A stretch of DNA of 62,628 bases, filler included. It is 14 parts of 14 records of this genome, joined end to end, with 100 filler letters (N's around TTAATTAATTAA, not from the genome) between each part and the next. Parts side by side here need not be neighbours in the genome. Positions count along the whole stretch, not along the records: positions 27,160 to 33,522 come from SRR7504441_14122; positions 33,623 to 38,225 come from SRR7504441_14126; positions 38,326 to 42,873 come from SRR7504441_14137; positions 42,974 to 46,146 come from SRR7504441_14142; 10 more parts are not named here. One strand, 5' to 3'. The notes beneath the pieces were generated by a model. That model was not told the DNA's origin, did not search any database, and saw only the letters and a list, made by a program, of their open reading frames with translations. Shown piece by piece: positions 32,463-44,484 of this stretch (position 1 is the first letter of the stretch; every line of letters starts with the position of its first letter). Both the position numbers and the translations under genes were made by a program.

Positions 32463-33083
32463 TCAAGGAAGCTGCATGAACTTGTAGCCGCCGCTGAGTG
32501 CTCCAGTGATCCCATCCAAGATGCCATAATTGGCAGGAAATTCCATTCCTTGGTAAAATTCTGTCATGGTGTTTCGTAGAAACGGCAAATAAGGGCTGTC
32601 TTCTTGCACTATAGTATCTAGCTCCTTGAAAAGCGTTTCTGCCTCAATCCTTGTTGGTGCTGCCAGAAATTTGTACCAAAGGGAGTCGAATTGTGTATTG
32701 TTGTAACCTGGCGTGTTGTATCCCTTCCCACCCGGTACGCAAGTGGCTTCTGTGCTTAGGAAAAATTCACCGAGATGGGTTGGTGTAGCGCCCAGACCCC
32801 ACCCGAGGACATAAGCATCCCAGTTGTTGGGAAGCTGCATTTGCCGCCGCCCCCGGTGCTGGGTGCCGACAATGGAGTTTTCTTTGGGTTGTTGCAGCAT
32901 TTGCTATCCTGCCGGCAAATGCAAGGTCGGCCTGGACACGGGAAGAGACATGCACGCATGGCTGGCCGGAGGGCAGTGTACCTTGTAGAGCTTTTTGGCG
33001 TCACCGCATGTCTCCAGATCATAAGTGCCGGCGTGCACGATTGCTGCCGCCAGGACCAAAAGCCCCACGATCCGTGCCGCCAT
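32463..33083 (-). CDS. Secreted protein: signal peptide + Cys motif + C-terminal fragment resembling a bacterial family-5 (OppA/DppA) ABC substrate-binding protein
   Basis: MAARIVGLLVLAAAIVHAG, TCGDAKKLYK-DSKCC (intron 32909-32981), then WDAYVLGWG...YNTPGYNNTQFDSLW...ELDTIVQEDSPYLPF; the join needs a 32-nt GC-AG intron (32835-32866) or a frameshift. Confidence 0.55.
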
Positions 33084-33622
33084 TATACCAGAATCAGTTG
33101 CTAGAAGCGGAATTCGAGGAATCCTCCTGACTACGTACAACGGCACCCGAGTGGACCACACGTAAACAGCGAGTGGACCAGACGGAAACATGAAGCACAT
33201 GTACTAGGGTCCCTACCCAGTACTGGGCCAGTACCGCGGTACCGGTACATGCACGTGCACTATTCACCCCAGGACGCTACCCGGTAACCGTGGACGTGAT
33301 GATGGGAGGCCGGGCGGAGTCTCAAGGAGTGTGGGCAAACCACGTAGCTACCCGCCCGGCATTAACACAAAACTATTAAATCAGAACTATAAAACATTCC
33401 TTGCCTACTACTACAGGTACACAGAATAAAAAATGTATTCTAGACTTCGCGCCTAAGTCCATGCTTCCGAACGAGCTCGTCCAGCTCTTCTAGGGTCGAG
33501 TGCCCAGCTTGCAAGAAGCTCANNNNNNNNNNNNNNNNNNNNNNNNNNNNNNNNNNNNNNNNNNNNTTAATTAATTAANNNNNNNNNNNNNNNNNNNNNN
33601 NNNNNNNNNNNNNNNNNNNNNN

Positions 33623-33684
33623 TCGTGCTCGGCCTGCTCCTTGACCAGCTCCTCCAGCTCCTTCTGGCTCGGAGCCTCGTCCAT
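33623..33684 (-). CDS. Possible 5' start of a gene running off the contig (MDEAPSQKELEELVKEQAEH)
   Basis: ATG at 33684 is 79 bp from the divergent ATG at 33764; only about 20 codons are visible. Confidence 0.3.
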
Positions 33685-33763
33685 CGGGCTCCCCGCAGTC
33701 TGGTACAGCTGTTCGACTTGTGTTCGCCCAGAATTTTGCGCACCATCTGCGAGCAGCAGCTGG

Positions 33764-35083
33764 ATGCATGATGCCTCGTCCAGCACGCTGTACAGCCCGT
33801 ACACTCCGGGCGCCTTCCGGGCCGGACCTTGGATCCCGGCAGTCCGGCGGCCACGAGTGCGCGCCGGCCCCGTCCCGCTGGAGCTCGAGGCGAGGTCGCT
33901 GGAGTGGACAGACCGGGTCCGGTGGAGCCCCGACGGCCGCTGGCTGGTAGCCGGGCGCTCGCCAGTCTGGACAGTGCCGGACAGCGCGCCGGGGGGGCTG
34001 CCGGAGGGAGCCGAGGTGCTGGCCGTGGGCGACGGGATGGTTTGCACCAGCCAGGCGGTGTACCGGTTGGGCTCCGGGGAGCTGCTGCACGACCTGCTCG
34101 ACGGCGCCGACTCCGACTCCGACGAGCCGGCCTGCGCGGTGGCGGCCGCCGCTTTTAGCGCTGGGGACCGGCTGTGCGCGTATATGCTGGTGCATGCGGG
34201 GCTCGGGGTAGACTCAGCGCCGGTTTTGTACGTCTATGGGACTGAGGACTGGAGCTGGCGGGGGGTACTGCAGGTGGGCAGCGCGGGGATGCCGGCCGCA
34301 CTGTGCTTCAGCACGGCAGGCGGGGGCACGCGGCTCGCGGTGACGGCAATGTACGGGCAGGAAGCATACTATACCGTGTGGACGACTACGCAGCCAGAGA
34401 CCTACACAGACTGGACCAAAGCACTGGAGGCGCCCTACGGGGCCGCAGCCGTCGTCAACGGCTCTAAGCTGAATGCGTGTCTCGCCTACGGTTCGCCGGC
34501 ACTGTCGTTCTCACCAGACGGTAGCCAGCTCGCCTGTACAAGATGCATCAAGGTGAGGAATAAGGGCACTGGGTCTGTTAGCTTGTATCGGACCGACTCG
34601 TGGGCGTTCGACTCGGACTTTGAGTTCGACAGCCCTGTGCGCGACTGCTGCTTCTCGCCCTCAGGCTGGCAGCTGCTGGTGGCGGTAAGCAACGGAACGA
34701 TCCAACTGTTCATCAAGAACAAGCTCGGCCAATGGGCGCCGCGGTCAGTAGTCCCGCTGCACAGTTACAGTTGCAACTTCTCTCCAGACGGGCTCTCGGT
34801 CGGCCTCAACTACACAAACCGCGCGATCTCGCGGCACTTCCCAGACGATCCGGCTCGAGTTGGGCTGATCTGGACATCAAGTTTAGCGCTGGTCTGGTCA
34901 ATGCTCCGGGTGCTAATGATCGGTCTATCAGACACAGGGTCGGTGCTATATCAGCTGGACGCGGCCGTGATTCGGAGCATAGTGGAGCACGCCGACCTTT
35001 GGTATTTTGACAAGTTAAAAGGCGACGAGGCTTGTTGCGGCCGGTGGAGAGACGGAAGCCTTGCTGAAATCCCATTCCTCTGA
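33764..35083 (+). CDS. WD40/beta-propeller repeat protein
   Basis: Repeated VRWSPDGRWL, LSFSPDGSQLA, CCFSPSGWQL, CNFSPDGLSV; start codon inferred. Confidence 0.75.
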   Translation: MHDASSSTLYSPYTPGAFRAGPWIPAVRRPRVRAGPVPLELEARSLEWTDRVRWSPDGRWLVAGRSPVWTVPDSAPGGLPEGAEVLAVGDGMVCTSQAVYRLGSGELLHDLLDGADSDSDEPACAVAAAAFSAGDRLCAYMLVHAGLGVDSAPVLYVYGTEDWSWRGVLQVGSAGMPAALCFSTAGGGTRLAVTAMYGQEAYYTVWTTTQPETYTDWTKALEAPYGAAAVVNGSKLNACLAYGSPALSFSPDGSQLACTRCIKVRNKGTGSVSLYRTDSWAFDSDFEFDSPVRDCCFSPSGWQLLVAVSNGTIQLFIKNKLGQWAPRSVVPLHSYSCNFSPDGLSVGLNYTNRAISRHFPDDPARVGLIWTSSLALVWSMLRVLMIGLSDTGSVLYQLDAAVIRSIVEHADLWYFDKLKGDEACCGRWRDGSLAEIPFL

Positions 35084-35201
35084 AATCTAGAATAAATTAA
35101 ACGCGAATTCACTATACATGACTACTTATGACAATCATCGAGTTGTCTAATACTTTATCTATAGTATAAAGCACCGATTGCCAGCTCATTGTATTACACA
35201 A

Positions 35202-36727
35202 TCAAGGGCTTTCGTTCTTCAGTTTTCTGTTTGGGTTTGCATGCTGTTTCCTATCTTGAGCGCCTTGAGCAACTTTCCTATGTAATGGAGATGCGGTTGC
35301 ACCGGAGATCTTTGGTCTGTGCATGGAGACCTGCCGCGTCTTGGGCGAGCGACTAACGTGCTGCCCGGAGCTCCTACTGGGACTTGCGCCAGCTCCCCAC
35401 GCTGGTTTTGCATGGCTTAGCTGGCGCTTGGGAGAGCCCCCTAGTTTGGGGGATCCGCCTAGCTTGGGAGATCCGCCAGTAGGTGAGGAGCCGCCCACAG
35501 GCTTTTGGGTCCGCGGGATGATCAGTTTGACGCCCGAGAAACGGAATGGCCGGGTTATGGGCCCTGGTTGCGCCACTGGTGGGAGTCGTAGCTTCTCTTG
35601 CGGGCAGCCATTGAGTGACAAAGCTCTGGCTGTTCTATCTCGAGAAGCGGTGATCAGCTCACCTTGCCAGAGCAACATGGACATCACCGCCTCGTGGTGC
35701 GCCTGCCACTGCTGCACCGGGTGCCGCCACATGGGGTCGCCCCGCTGTGTCATCCTACAATCCCATTTCAGCACCGTTCCGTCCATTCTGCTCGTTAGCA
35801 TCTCATGATCTGCCCCCGAGAGTCAGCCGCGTCCAGGTCACCTCCACACCCTTAACCATCACGAGCCCCGTCACTCCGGGCTGCCCAACCTCGCCGCAAG
35901 AGCGCACTCGCCCTCCAGGGGTCCTCCAATCCCACAACACCGCCAGCCCATTCTGATGCCCGGTGACTGCCCCACTCCGACCAGCCCAACATGCCGCCCG
36001 GACAGGACCAGCCGCCTTCACCCGCCGGCTTTCCTCTGGACCGCCGGCCCGCAGCTCCCATAGTGCCACGGTGCCAGCCACTGCACAGCACGTCAACCCG
36101 GTCCAACCCAGCGCACCAACCATCTCCAGTCAGCAGCTCAGTTCCAGCTTCCGGGGCTAACAGCGTGGAGAGCGCCGCTGGGGCCTCTCGCTCCCACTCG
36201 AGCTCGCCAGACTCGGCGGACCTGCAAACAAGAGTTAGCACCCGCCGAGCTGCCAGGCGCACAGCTGGCCCAGGCAGCGATCGGTCACGTACAGCAGATC
36301 GCCCAACGGCAACACTGCCACTGCTGGGACCGCCGCACCAAACCGTACCGTGCGCAGGCACCGACTGCCCCCCGGTCGCGGCCGGCTCCCAGGCAGGGCA
36401 CCCAGTCTCCAGGTCCCACTGCTTGATTCGACGGTCAGATGAGCCGCTAAAGAGGTGCATCTCAGAGCATGCCAGGCTCTTCACAATCCCCTGCGGCCGG
36501 GTGACGGCTGCCCGGCCTCCAGATACCATGTGCTCGTCGTAGCAGTGGAGAGCCCGCGTGGACGGGAGGGCCCAGGCCTTGCACGAGCCGTCGTCAGAGC
36601 TGGTCAGCAGCCAGCCGCGCCCCGGATGCACCGCCAGGCCGGTGAGCCCGCAGTCGTGACGGGCCACCACGCGCGACGACTCGTCCACCGGCTGCGGCCG
36701 GCCCGCCCACTCCCGCGGCGTGGGCAT
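35202..36727 (-). CDS. WD40 repeat protein with a Ser/Pro/Lys-rich tail (multi-exon)
   Basis: LLTSSDDGSCKAW, LFSGSSDRRIKQWD, TGHQNGLAVLWD, LTSRMDGTVLKWD, ITASRDRTA; GGSPKL repeats in the tail. Confidence 0.82.
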
Positions 36728-36827
36728 CGCTAGGTGCTGCCCAGTCCCATTTGGTCTCCTTGGAAATTGCCGTTAGATCACCTGTGAGTGCGGCAGGCAC
36801 ACGGGCTAGGCACGTCCACCACAGACG

Positions 36828-37292
36828 ATGGGTGCCGAGCACCGCGTGGGCTCAAAGAACGTGGAAGCGCCGGCAGTGGTCCAGCAGGAGGACGTCACCG
36901 CACTAGGGCCCAACGAGCGTCGGGCCTATGCCGCCGCCAAGCGCACCGACAACAAGCGGCGCCGACGCGAGGACGCGCACAAGGTGCAGCCCGGCCACAA
37001 CCAGCGCCCAGGGCGGGCAGGCCAGCGCGGCGGCGGCGGCCAAGGAGGAGCTGCGGCGAGCGGTGCGTCGGGGGCGGTGCTGGGGCTGCAGCATGGGCAG
37101 GAGCGGCTGGCGGCATACCAGCAACGGCAGAGCGGGCCAGCGGCTGGCGTGGAGGTGCCATCGGAGGCGGAGACGAAAGGCTCCCGAGCGCTGGCACGGA
37201 AGCGGGCCAAGCGCCAGAAGCGCAAGCTGAAGCAGCAGTCTGGGGTGGAGGAGGCTGGACGAGAAGGGGCGGGGGGGAATAGCGTCGCATGA
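36828..37292 (+). CDS. Small basic hypothetical protein (possibly nucleolar)
   Basis: 154-aa K/R-rich ORF, divergent from the WD40 gene (100-bp spacer), followed by AT-rich DNA. Confidence 0.55.
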   Translation: MGAEHRVGSKNVEAPAVVQQEDVTALGPNERRAYAAAKRTDNKRRRREDAHKVQPGHNQRPGRAGQRGGGGQGGAAASGASGAVLGLQHGQERLAAYQQRQSGPAAGVEVPSEAETKGSRALARKRAKRQKRKLKQQSGVEEAGREGAGGNSVA

Positions 37293-37540
37293 CCTGACGG
37301 CTCGATGAGGATTCAGTGCGGTTGATGCTAATACACTGCTCTATACATGTGCTCACGGGCATGGTATACTCGTTTATATATATAGATGTACACTATCTAG
37401 ATACATGTGCTTCTACTTGCAATCAATTGATTGACTGTCACCTCCTCGGCGCCAACATGAGAGAATAATAGCTCACACGCACCAGCCACGCGCTGGATCG
37501 GGAAGCACATTCATGACAGCACGAGTGGCCGGCGGGCTGC

Positions 37541-38194
37541 TCACACGTGCTTGACCGCTCGATGATACTCGGACTCACGGAGTGGGCTGCTCACGCTGCT
37601 GGTTCCGACCAAGATCGTCCGGTGCGGCACCACCTTCTCCTGGCACATCTGCCGCTCAACCCGGGCCAGGTCCTCCTCGAGTGCTTTCTGCCGCCACATA
37701 GCGTGCTCGGCAGTGTGCTCCCGGGCCCGCCGGCCGTACTCGTCTGGGTCGTCCAACAGCAGTTCTCCAAGCTCCGGCCGGGCAGGATCATCCAGATTGG
37801 GCAGTTGGGTGAACAGCCCTGTCACGACTTCAAGCAGCTTGCGCACGTTGCTCGAGGCCTCCCACTCGGCCAGCAGCGCGTCCCAGCCGGGCAGCCCGCC
37901 GATCGTGCCCCGGGCGGACACGTTTGGATGGAACATCGGCGTGGCCAGCCGCACGTGCGGCGGCTTGTGTGGGTATTGCTCGGGTAGCAGGATGTTCAGC
38001 TTCCACTCGCCGTCGGCGTACAGAGTGCCCTCCGGGCCCGCAAGCGTGGCCTCCAGGGCCGTTCCTCTGGTGTCTTCTCGTTCCAACTGCCGGAAGAGCG
38101 GCTTCTGTTCCAAGGGCTCCGCCACCGACAGCACGTGCGCCGGTGGCCGCTTCCGAAGGTCCCGCAGCTCGATGTTGATGCGCCGCCGCGCCAT
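37541..38194 (-). CDS. Ubiquitin-conjugating E2-fold protein lacking the catalytic Cys (UEV-like)
   Basis: ARRRINIEL, GPEGTLYADGEW, PEQYPHKPP, MFHPNVSARGTIGG (Gly where E2s have IC). Confidence 0.82.
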   Translation of the reverse strand: MARRRINIELRDLRKRPPAHVLSVAEPLEQKPLFRQLEREDTRGTALEATLAGPEGTLYADGEWKLNILLPEQYPHKPPHVRLATPMFHPNVSARGTIGGLPGWDALLAEWEASSNVRKLLEVVTGLFTQLPNLDDPARPELGELLLDDPDEYGRRAREHTAEHAMWRQKALEEDLARVERQMCQEKVVPHRTILVGTSSVSSPLRESEYHRAVKHV

Positions 38195-38613
38195 GAGCCT
38201 CCAATAGCGCGCAGCTGCCTCCTACNNNNNNNNNNNNNNNNNNNNNNNNNNNNNNNNNNNNNNNNNNNNTTAATTAATTAANNNNNNNNNNNNNNNNNNN
38301 NNNNNNNNNNNNNNNNNNNNNNNNNGTGCTCAAAGAAGTGAAGTGAGACGCGGCGCGTGCCCTTGCTGCGAGTTCACAACGCCTATCGTGCACGTCGTTG
38401 CTGAGTCACTCTCACAGACCACGCAAGCTCTAAACAATAAAGTGCAGCTACCGTACAAACCCTCTTTCTCCATAAATCAAAATCAGGGAAAAATCGCCAC
38501 AAGGCATCGCCGCAGCCCGTGGCCGTCGGAAGCGGGGACGGTCCTGCAGGGTTCGTCGCGGGAGCCACCGCGGCTCAGCTGGCAGGCTGCCGTATCCATC
38601 GGAAGCTGCCGGG

Positions 38614-41600
38614 ATGGCGCTGGTGCCTTACGACGCGTTGGTGGCCGGCAGCGCGGCACGGGCGATGGCGCTGTGGGTCCTCGGACTGTTGTGCGGGCTG
38701 GCCGGGGCGGCGGAGCTGGCCAGCTGGGGCGACCTGCTGGCGGCGGTACGTGCCAGCCAGCCCGGTGCCACCATCCGGCTTGCGCCTGGCCAGCTGGTCA
38801 TCAACGCAACCCTGGTCCTGCCTGGTCACAGCCTCTCGCTGGTCGGCGAATCCTGGCGCCGCACTCGGCTCCACTGCCACGACGCGTTCAACGGGCCGGG
38901 CATACTGGCGCAGGGCAGCGCGGGCCTGGCGCTGGCCAATCTGAGCGTGACTGGCTGCAAGGGCGGCGGGCTGCGGGTGGATGGGGCGCGGGACGTCCGG
39001 CTGTTCGGGCTCGGCCTGTACAACAATTCAGCCTGGGCAGGTGGGGGGCTGTCCGTTAACAACACGGCGTGGCTGTCGGTTGTGAACTGCACGCTGAGCG
39101 GGAACACGGCCGTCTCGGTTGAAAGCTGCCTCCCGGGGCCGGCGTGCAGCGGCGGTGGGCTGCTGGTCGAGCGAAGTGCCGAGGTGTCTGTTGTGTCAAC
39201 GCAGATCAACGGCAATTCCGCCTTCTACGGCGCCGGGGTCTGGTTGGGCAACGGCGCCCAGGTGGCGTTTGCCAATTGCAATGTGAGTGGTAACAGCGGC
39301 GACCTGGTGCCACCGGTCGACGGGTCAGCACAGGCTGAGTGGTCACGGGGTGGCGGGATAGCGATCTCTCGACATAGCGAGGTGGGGCTGGCGCAGACAA
39401 CGGCAAATATAACGGACTGTGCTGTGAGTGGGAATGTGGCCACGTATGGGTCGGGGCTGATATTAGAGGGGGTGGCTGTGGAAGCGGATCCTCAGCCTGT
39501 GTTGACGCGAGTAGTCTTCGAGGCCAACAACGGTAAGCAAGTCGGCCACATCAACACCCAGGGCGGGGGCGTCTCGATCGGCGACCCAGGGAACAGCCCG
39601 GTGTTTGCGCGGTGCAATTTCACAGGAAATGGCGCCGTCCTGGGCGGCGGGGCGTATATCCAAAACCAAGCCCACCCCCACTTCACAGACTGTGTGTTTG
39701 ATTTTAATCACGGCGACCTAGAGTACGCCTCGTTCGGTGGAGGGCTTCACATTAAGGACAGTGGCACGCTGGCCCGGCTGGATCGGTGCTCTATTGTGCA
39801 GAACTGGGCTCTGTACGGAAGTGGGCTGTACATATCTCTAGCTCAGCCTATACTCTACAGATGCGAGCTGCTGTTCAACGGGTTCTCCAACGGATTCTCA
39901 CCTGACAGCGCTGGCAGCAACTCGATGGGAGGCGGGATCATGATGCAAGGCACCAACACGGCGCCCAAGCTGTGCGGTTGCACCATTGCCAACAACAGCG
40001 CCGCTTTCGGCTCAGGAGTAGCCGCCACCCTCTCTGCCAAGCCTATCATCCAATCAGACCCAGCAGCGTGCGGCTACCCAGGCTCCACGTCGAGCCAGTG
40101 CCGCATCGTCGGCAACTGGGCCCCGCTGACTGTCTTGACTGCCGGTGGTGGGCTGTACGCTGCAGGGCTCTTCAGTGACCCTCACTTGACTGACTGCATT
40201 CTCTCCAACAACAGCGCAAACCGCGGCGCTGGGATGTTCATAGAATCTGGTGCCGCCCCAGTTGTGACTGGCTGTGTGATTGCCAGCAACAACGCCACCG
40301 CGCACCGAGGGGACAGCCTGCTGCAGACGCTGGGCGGTGGGCTGTATGTAAGTGGAAGAGGCTCCGGGTGCGACTATATATAGCCTTGCCGGCCAACAGG
40401 TTAGGGCAGGCCGTCGATCACTGGCTGTCAGATACGCGGCAACTCAGCCACCAACGGCAGCCCCAGGCTGCTGCTGGTGGCTTACTCAGGTGCAGGTGGG
40501 GGCGTATGGTGGGGGGACATGGCGAGTCCGCAGTTTTCAAACTCCAACCTCACTCAAAACACAGCCGATCGCCTGGGAGGCGGCGCGTTCCTGACCAACC
40601 TTCAGCTCAGCAGCACCTCGGTTGCATTCCCACCGCTAATCAGCGACAACTCGGCCGGAGAGTTCGGCGGTGGCGTCTACCTGGACGCTGCAGAAGAGCA
40701 GGCGAGCTGTGTGCTGCCAGTGAGAGAAGTCTCACACAACTCGGCCGGTACTGCCGGTGGCGGCGCGTTCTTCACGCTTGCGAGAGACGTCGGGTCGCGC
40801 TCCAGCCTCTCTAGTGCGCTCTGTCGCAATATGAGCGCAAGCGCGGTTCACTCGAACAGCGTGGCTGAGGGGTATGGGGCAGACTGGGGTTCGAGTCCCT
40901 TTCGTATTGAATCGGTTGCGAAGTACAGCAGCGCTTATCCGAGCAGCCAGACGATGCTGGCTGTTAACTTCACAGTGTATGATCTGTTTGATCAATCATG
41001 GACTATAGACGGGATAATCTTCACTGAGATGCTCAATCCTAGCGAGGCCAACGCCAGCTACGGCGATGGCTCACCCAATAGCTGCCTAGTGTCCGGTGGG
41101 CTGGCCGAATGCAGCAGTCCGTTCTACATGGCACCTATCGGGGCTGAGGCCAGTTTTATGCTGTCTGTTGATTATGTGGGCGAGATACCAGGCGGACAGG
41201 TAGCGCTTGTGGCAGTATACCTATAGTACTAGATAATGGTTGCAGGCAGGGTCTATACTGTAGGGTGGTGTGTACATGTTATCTATTGTAGTACACCATA
41301 GTACTGTCTGTGTGCGTGAGTTGCCTTGTAGGTCACTACCTTTTGGACAAACCTAACAGGTCCCGCAGCTGGCGCTGCCCGCGGCTGACCCAGGGCAGGC
41401 GGCCAGACGAGCCTAATTCAGATAACAGCTTGCCCATCTGGGTATGAGACCTGCCAATGCGACAACCCAACATGCGAGTGCGGCGACGGCGTCACCAGTG
41501 ATGCCCTCTACACATGCGTGCCCAAGATTCCGAAGATTACGAGTGATGACTCGAATAGCTGGGCCTTGTATCTTCTTTACGGTGCCCAGCTGCTGCCAGG

Positions 41601-42817
41601 CGCCTGCTGACCCTGGCTGCAGTGCTGCTTCCTGTTGTCTCTGCAGGGCTGTTGGGATTCGGCGGTTATAGGCTTTGGAAATGGCGGCACAATTGGCACG
41701 TGAGCTCTTCGGTGGGGCTGAATGAGGAATTCGAGAAGTTTGGGTGCCCTAATGGTCACGGGATAGGCAAGCACTGGGGGGTAGGTACGGGCTGATTGCG
41801 TTCGAGAGTGAGCTACAGCTGCACGAGGAGCTCGGCGCGGGTAACTTCGGGGTGGTCAGGCGGGCGGTGCTCCGACGGCGAGGCGAGCGGCCGGCCCGAG
41901 TGGTGGCAGTCAAGACGTTGGACAATTCTACCTGCTCAGACGAGCAGTTGATTCAGGACATGCTGCAGGAGGCTAGTCTGATGGCTGAGATCCCGAAGCA
42001 CCCAAACGTGGTCCAGATGGTCGGGGTGTGCGAGACTCCTCCGTGCGTGGTGATGCAATTTGTTGAGAACGCCCAGAACCTAGACGAGCACCTGGCATTG
42101 GCGCACCAGAGTGACCGGCGGAGCTACACGGAGCGAGCCATCCAGCTGATCAGCGACGTGGCGCGAGGGACCGACTTTCTGCACAGCTGTGGGTTTGTGC
42201 ACCGGGACCTGGCAGCACGGAACATGATGGTCGAGCGAACTGAGCAGAGCCTGACAGCCAAGGTTGGGGACTTTGGGCTGGCACGCAAGCTGCCTGAAGG
42301 CCAGACGAGCCTGCATTTCAAAGAGGAATTCTATGCGCGGCACCTTGGAGCGCCGGAGAACTACAGTATGCGACCACATCATAGCCGAGCGTCGGATGTG
42401 TTCCAGTTCGGTCAGGTATTCTGGGAGGCCTTCACCTTCAATTTTGGGGAGTTTCTAGTGTACTTTAGCGAGGCGCGAGGGCTGGACGGGCTAGATCTCA
42501 CACAGTCGACCAAGTCGGTGCGATCCAGCCATAGTAGCGCAGTACAGGCACTCCAGGAGTTCCGGGCGCCCCGCTGGCAGCAGGAGGTTTGCCACAAGCA
42601 GCTGGCCGTGCTGTGCGCCCGTTGCCTGCAGCAGGATCAGCAGGCCCGGTGCAGCATGTCTGAGCTAGTCGAAGAGCTCGAAACGCTGATAAGCGAGCAC
42701 TACCCCCAGCTACGAGTACCAACCGACCCCTATGGCACTGCTGCGTGCGAGCCGGCGTCGAAAGCGAGCGGCGTGGAGCTGGAGCAGTATCATTTATTAG
42801 ACGATAGAAATAAGTAA
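38614..42817 (+). CDS. Receptor tyrosine kinase: signal peptide, right-handed beta-helix (pectin-lyase/Pmp-like) ectodomain, Cys-rich segment, TM, TK domain; multi-exon
   Basis: GGG-x-hydrophobic/NxA repeats; CPSGYETCQCDNPTCEC; TM WALYLLY-VLLPVVSAGLLGFGGY; LGAGNFGVV, VAVKTL, HPNVVQMVGV, HRDLAARN, KVGDFGL; short GT-AG introns join these parts. Confidence 0.82.
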
Positions 42818-43394
42818 TGCATATGACACGATATGATACGAGTGATGACAAACTAATGTTAAATGCCTTCATTNNNNNNNNNNNNNNNNNNNNNNNNNNN
42901 NNNNNNNNNNNNNNNNNTTAATTAATTAANNNNNNNNNNNNNNNNNNNNNNNNNNNNNNNNNNNNNNNNNNNNCCAGGTGCGTCCAATCCTCTTTACCTG
43001 TCTCTCTATACTTCAGGAGCCGAGAGTGCCTCGAGCACAATGATCCAACCGGACACGATCGTGATCCCTTAGCCTCCGGACTGCACCGCAAAACTACCGC
43101 AAAACTCACTGCTCAGTGCTCTGGGTCGGTTATGGGTCGGTGACGGCACCTGGACTGTTCCATTGTCCCCCTCACGACACGCACCTAGTCAGTGCCGCCC
43201 TAGTGCCGCCCTGTTGAGAAGCAGAATTACTAAGTAGCTGCAACGTGCAAGCGTACAGTACTGGTAGGCTCGCTAGGCCGCGTAGGCCGCGCAGCTACCG
43301 CGCAGCCGCCTGAAGCTGCCTCGAGCTCGCCTGAGAGTCTTTCGATCAGCGCATCTTGAATTCCAGCTTTGTCACCTGACTCGTGGTGCTGGTG

Positions 43395-44297
43395 ATGGAG
43401 AGCCCCGAAAAGAAGCGCGAGTTCCTGCCCTCGGATGTCTGGGCCAAGAACGTTCAGACCTGGAAGCCCGAGTCCAAGTGGCAGGGCACCTCCACCACCG
43501 CCCTGATCACCACCGCGGTCTGCTGCCTGGCCGTTGGGCTCGCCGCCAACCAGTGGCTCATCCCAGCAGTCCAAGGCGCCGCCGCCTACCACTGGCCCAG
43601 TACTCACTCGAGGGCCAGATGCGGACAACAAGCTGATATCCGAGTATCAGACGCTGCAGCGACGCAACTTGCTGCTCACGGTGCTGCCCACTCTGGCCAC
43701 GCGGTCACCCCAGGCAGGCGCATCTGAGAGATCTTAGTCAGCTCCATCAGACACAGCTAGCGTCCCGCCGACTGATGGCCTATGGCCAGGCGGTGCCGAG
43801 CTCGGAGTACGAGCAGCGCATGGCCGCTCTCGAGCTTCGGACGCTCGAACTTTTGGACCAGGAGCAGCACCAACAACCGGCGGCCCAAGCCAACAGCAGC
43901 CAGACACCGGCCCCGAAGCGGCACTGGCTGGCAGACGCGGCGATCAGGGTGCCCAGCTCTGTACTGAGCTCTGGCGCAGCAATGGTGTCTCCCCCAGCCG
44001 CAGCCGGACGAGTAATTTTATGCTGTGCAGTACCGCGGAGTGGGCCAGATGGCAGCCAGCGCCGGGCGGTCTATTCTGTCGCAGCGCACGGGCTTTATGC
44101 GGACGACTAGCCGAGAGGCGCATGACGGGCACGTGCCGACGCGGGCGAAGGAGCGTCATGACGGGGACAAGTATTATCACGACTCACGTGTAGCCCGGCA
44201 CTCTGGTGACAGCGCGCTGGTTGTGGGGTGTACTGATCTTAGCTTGGTTTGCAGCATGGGCTGGCAAACGCCACACCAAAGGGCTGAAGAAGCGTAA
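43395..44297 (+). CDS. Hypothetical protein(s) with one N-terminal TM segment; exon structure unresolved
   Basis: MESPEKK...TALITTAVCCLAVGLAA followed by frame-shifted coding-like ORFs to about 44297. Confidence 0.4.
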
Positions 44298-44484
44298 GAA
44301 GGAAGGCAAAAGCCGGCTAGCGCGCAAGAAATCCCGGGAGAGGAGGGCGTGAACATGAGCATTTAGTTAATTCGTACGTACCGTGACAGTCACACGTTCT
44401 AGTTTGAGTGCGAGGTTATTATAAAACAAGTAGGTTTAATCTGTACCGGTACATCACAATGTGTCTAATCCCTGGATCACCTAG

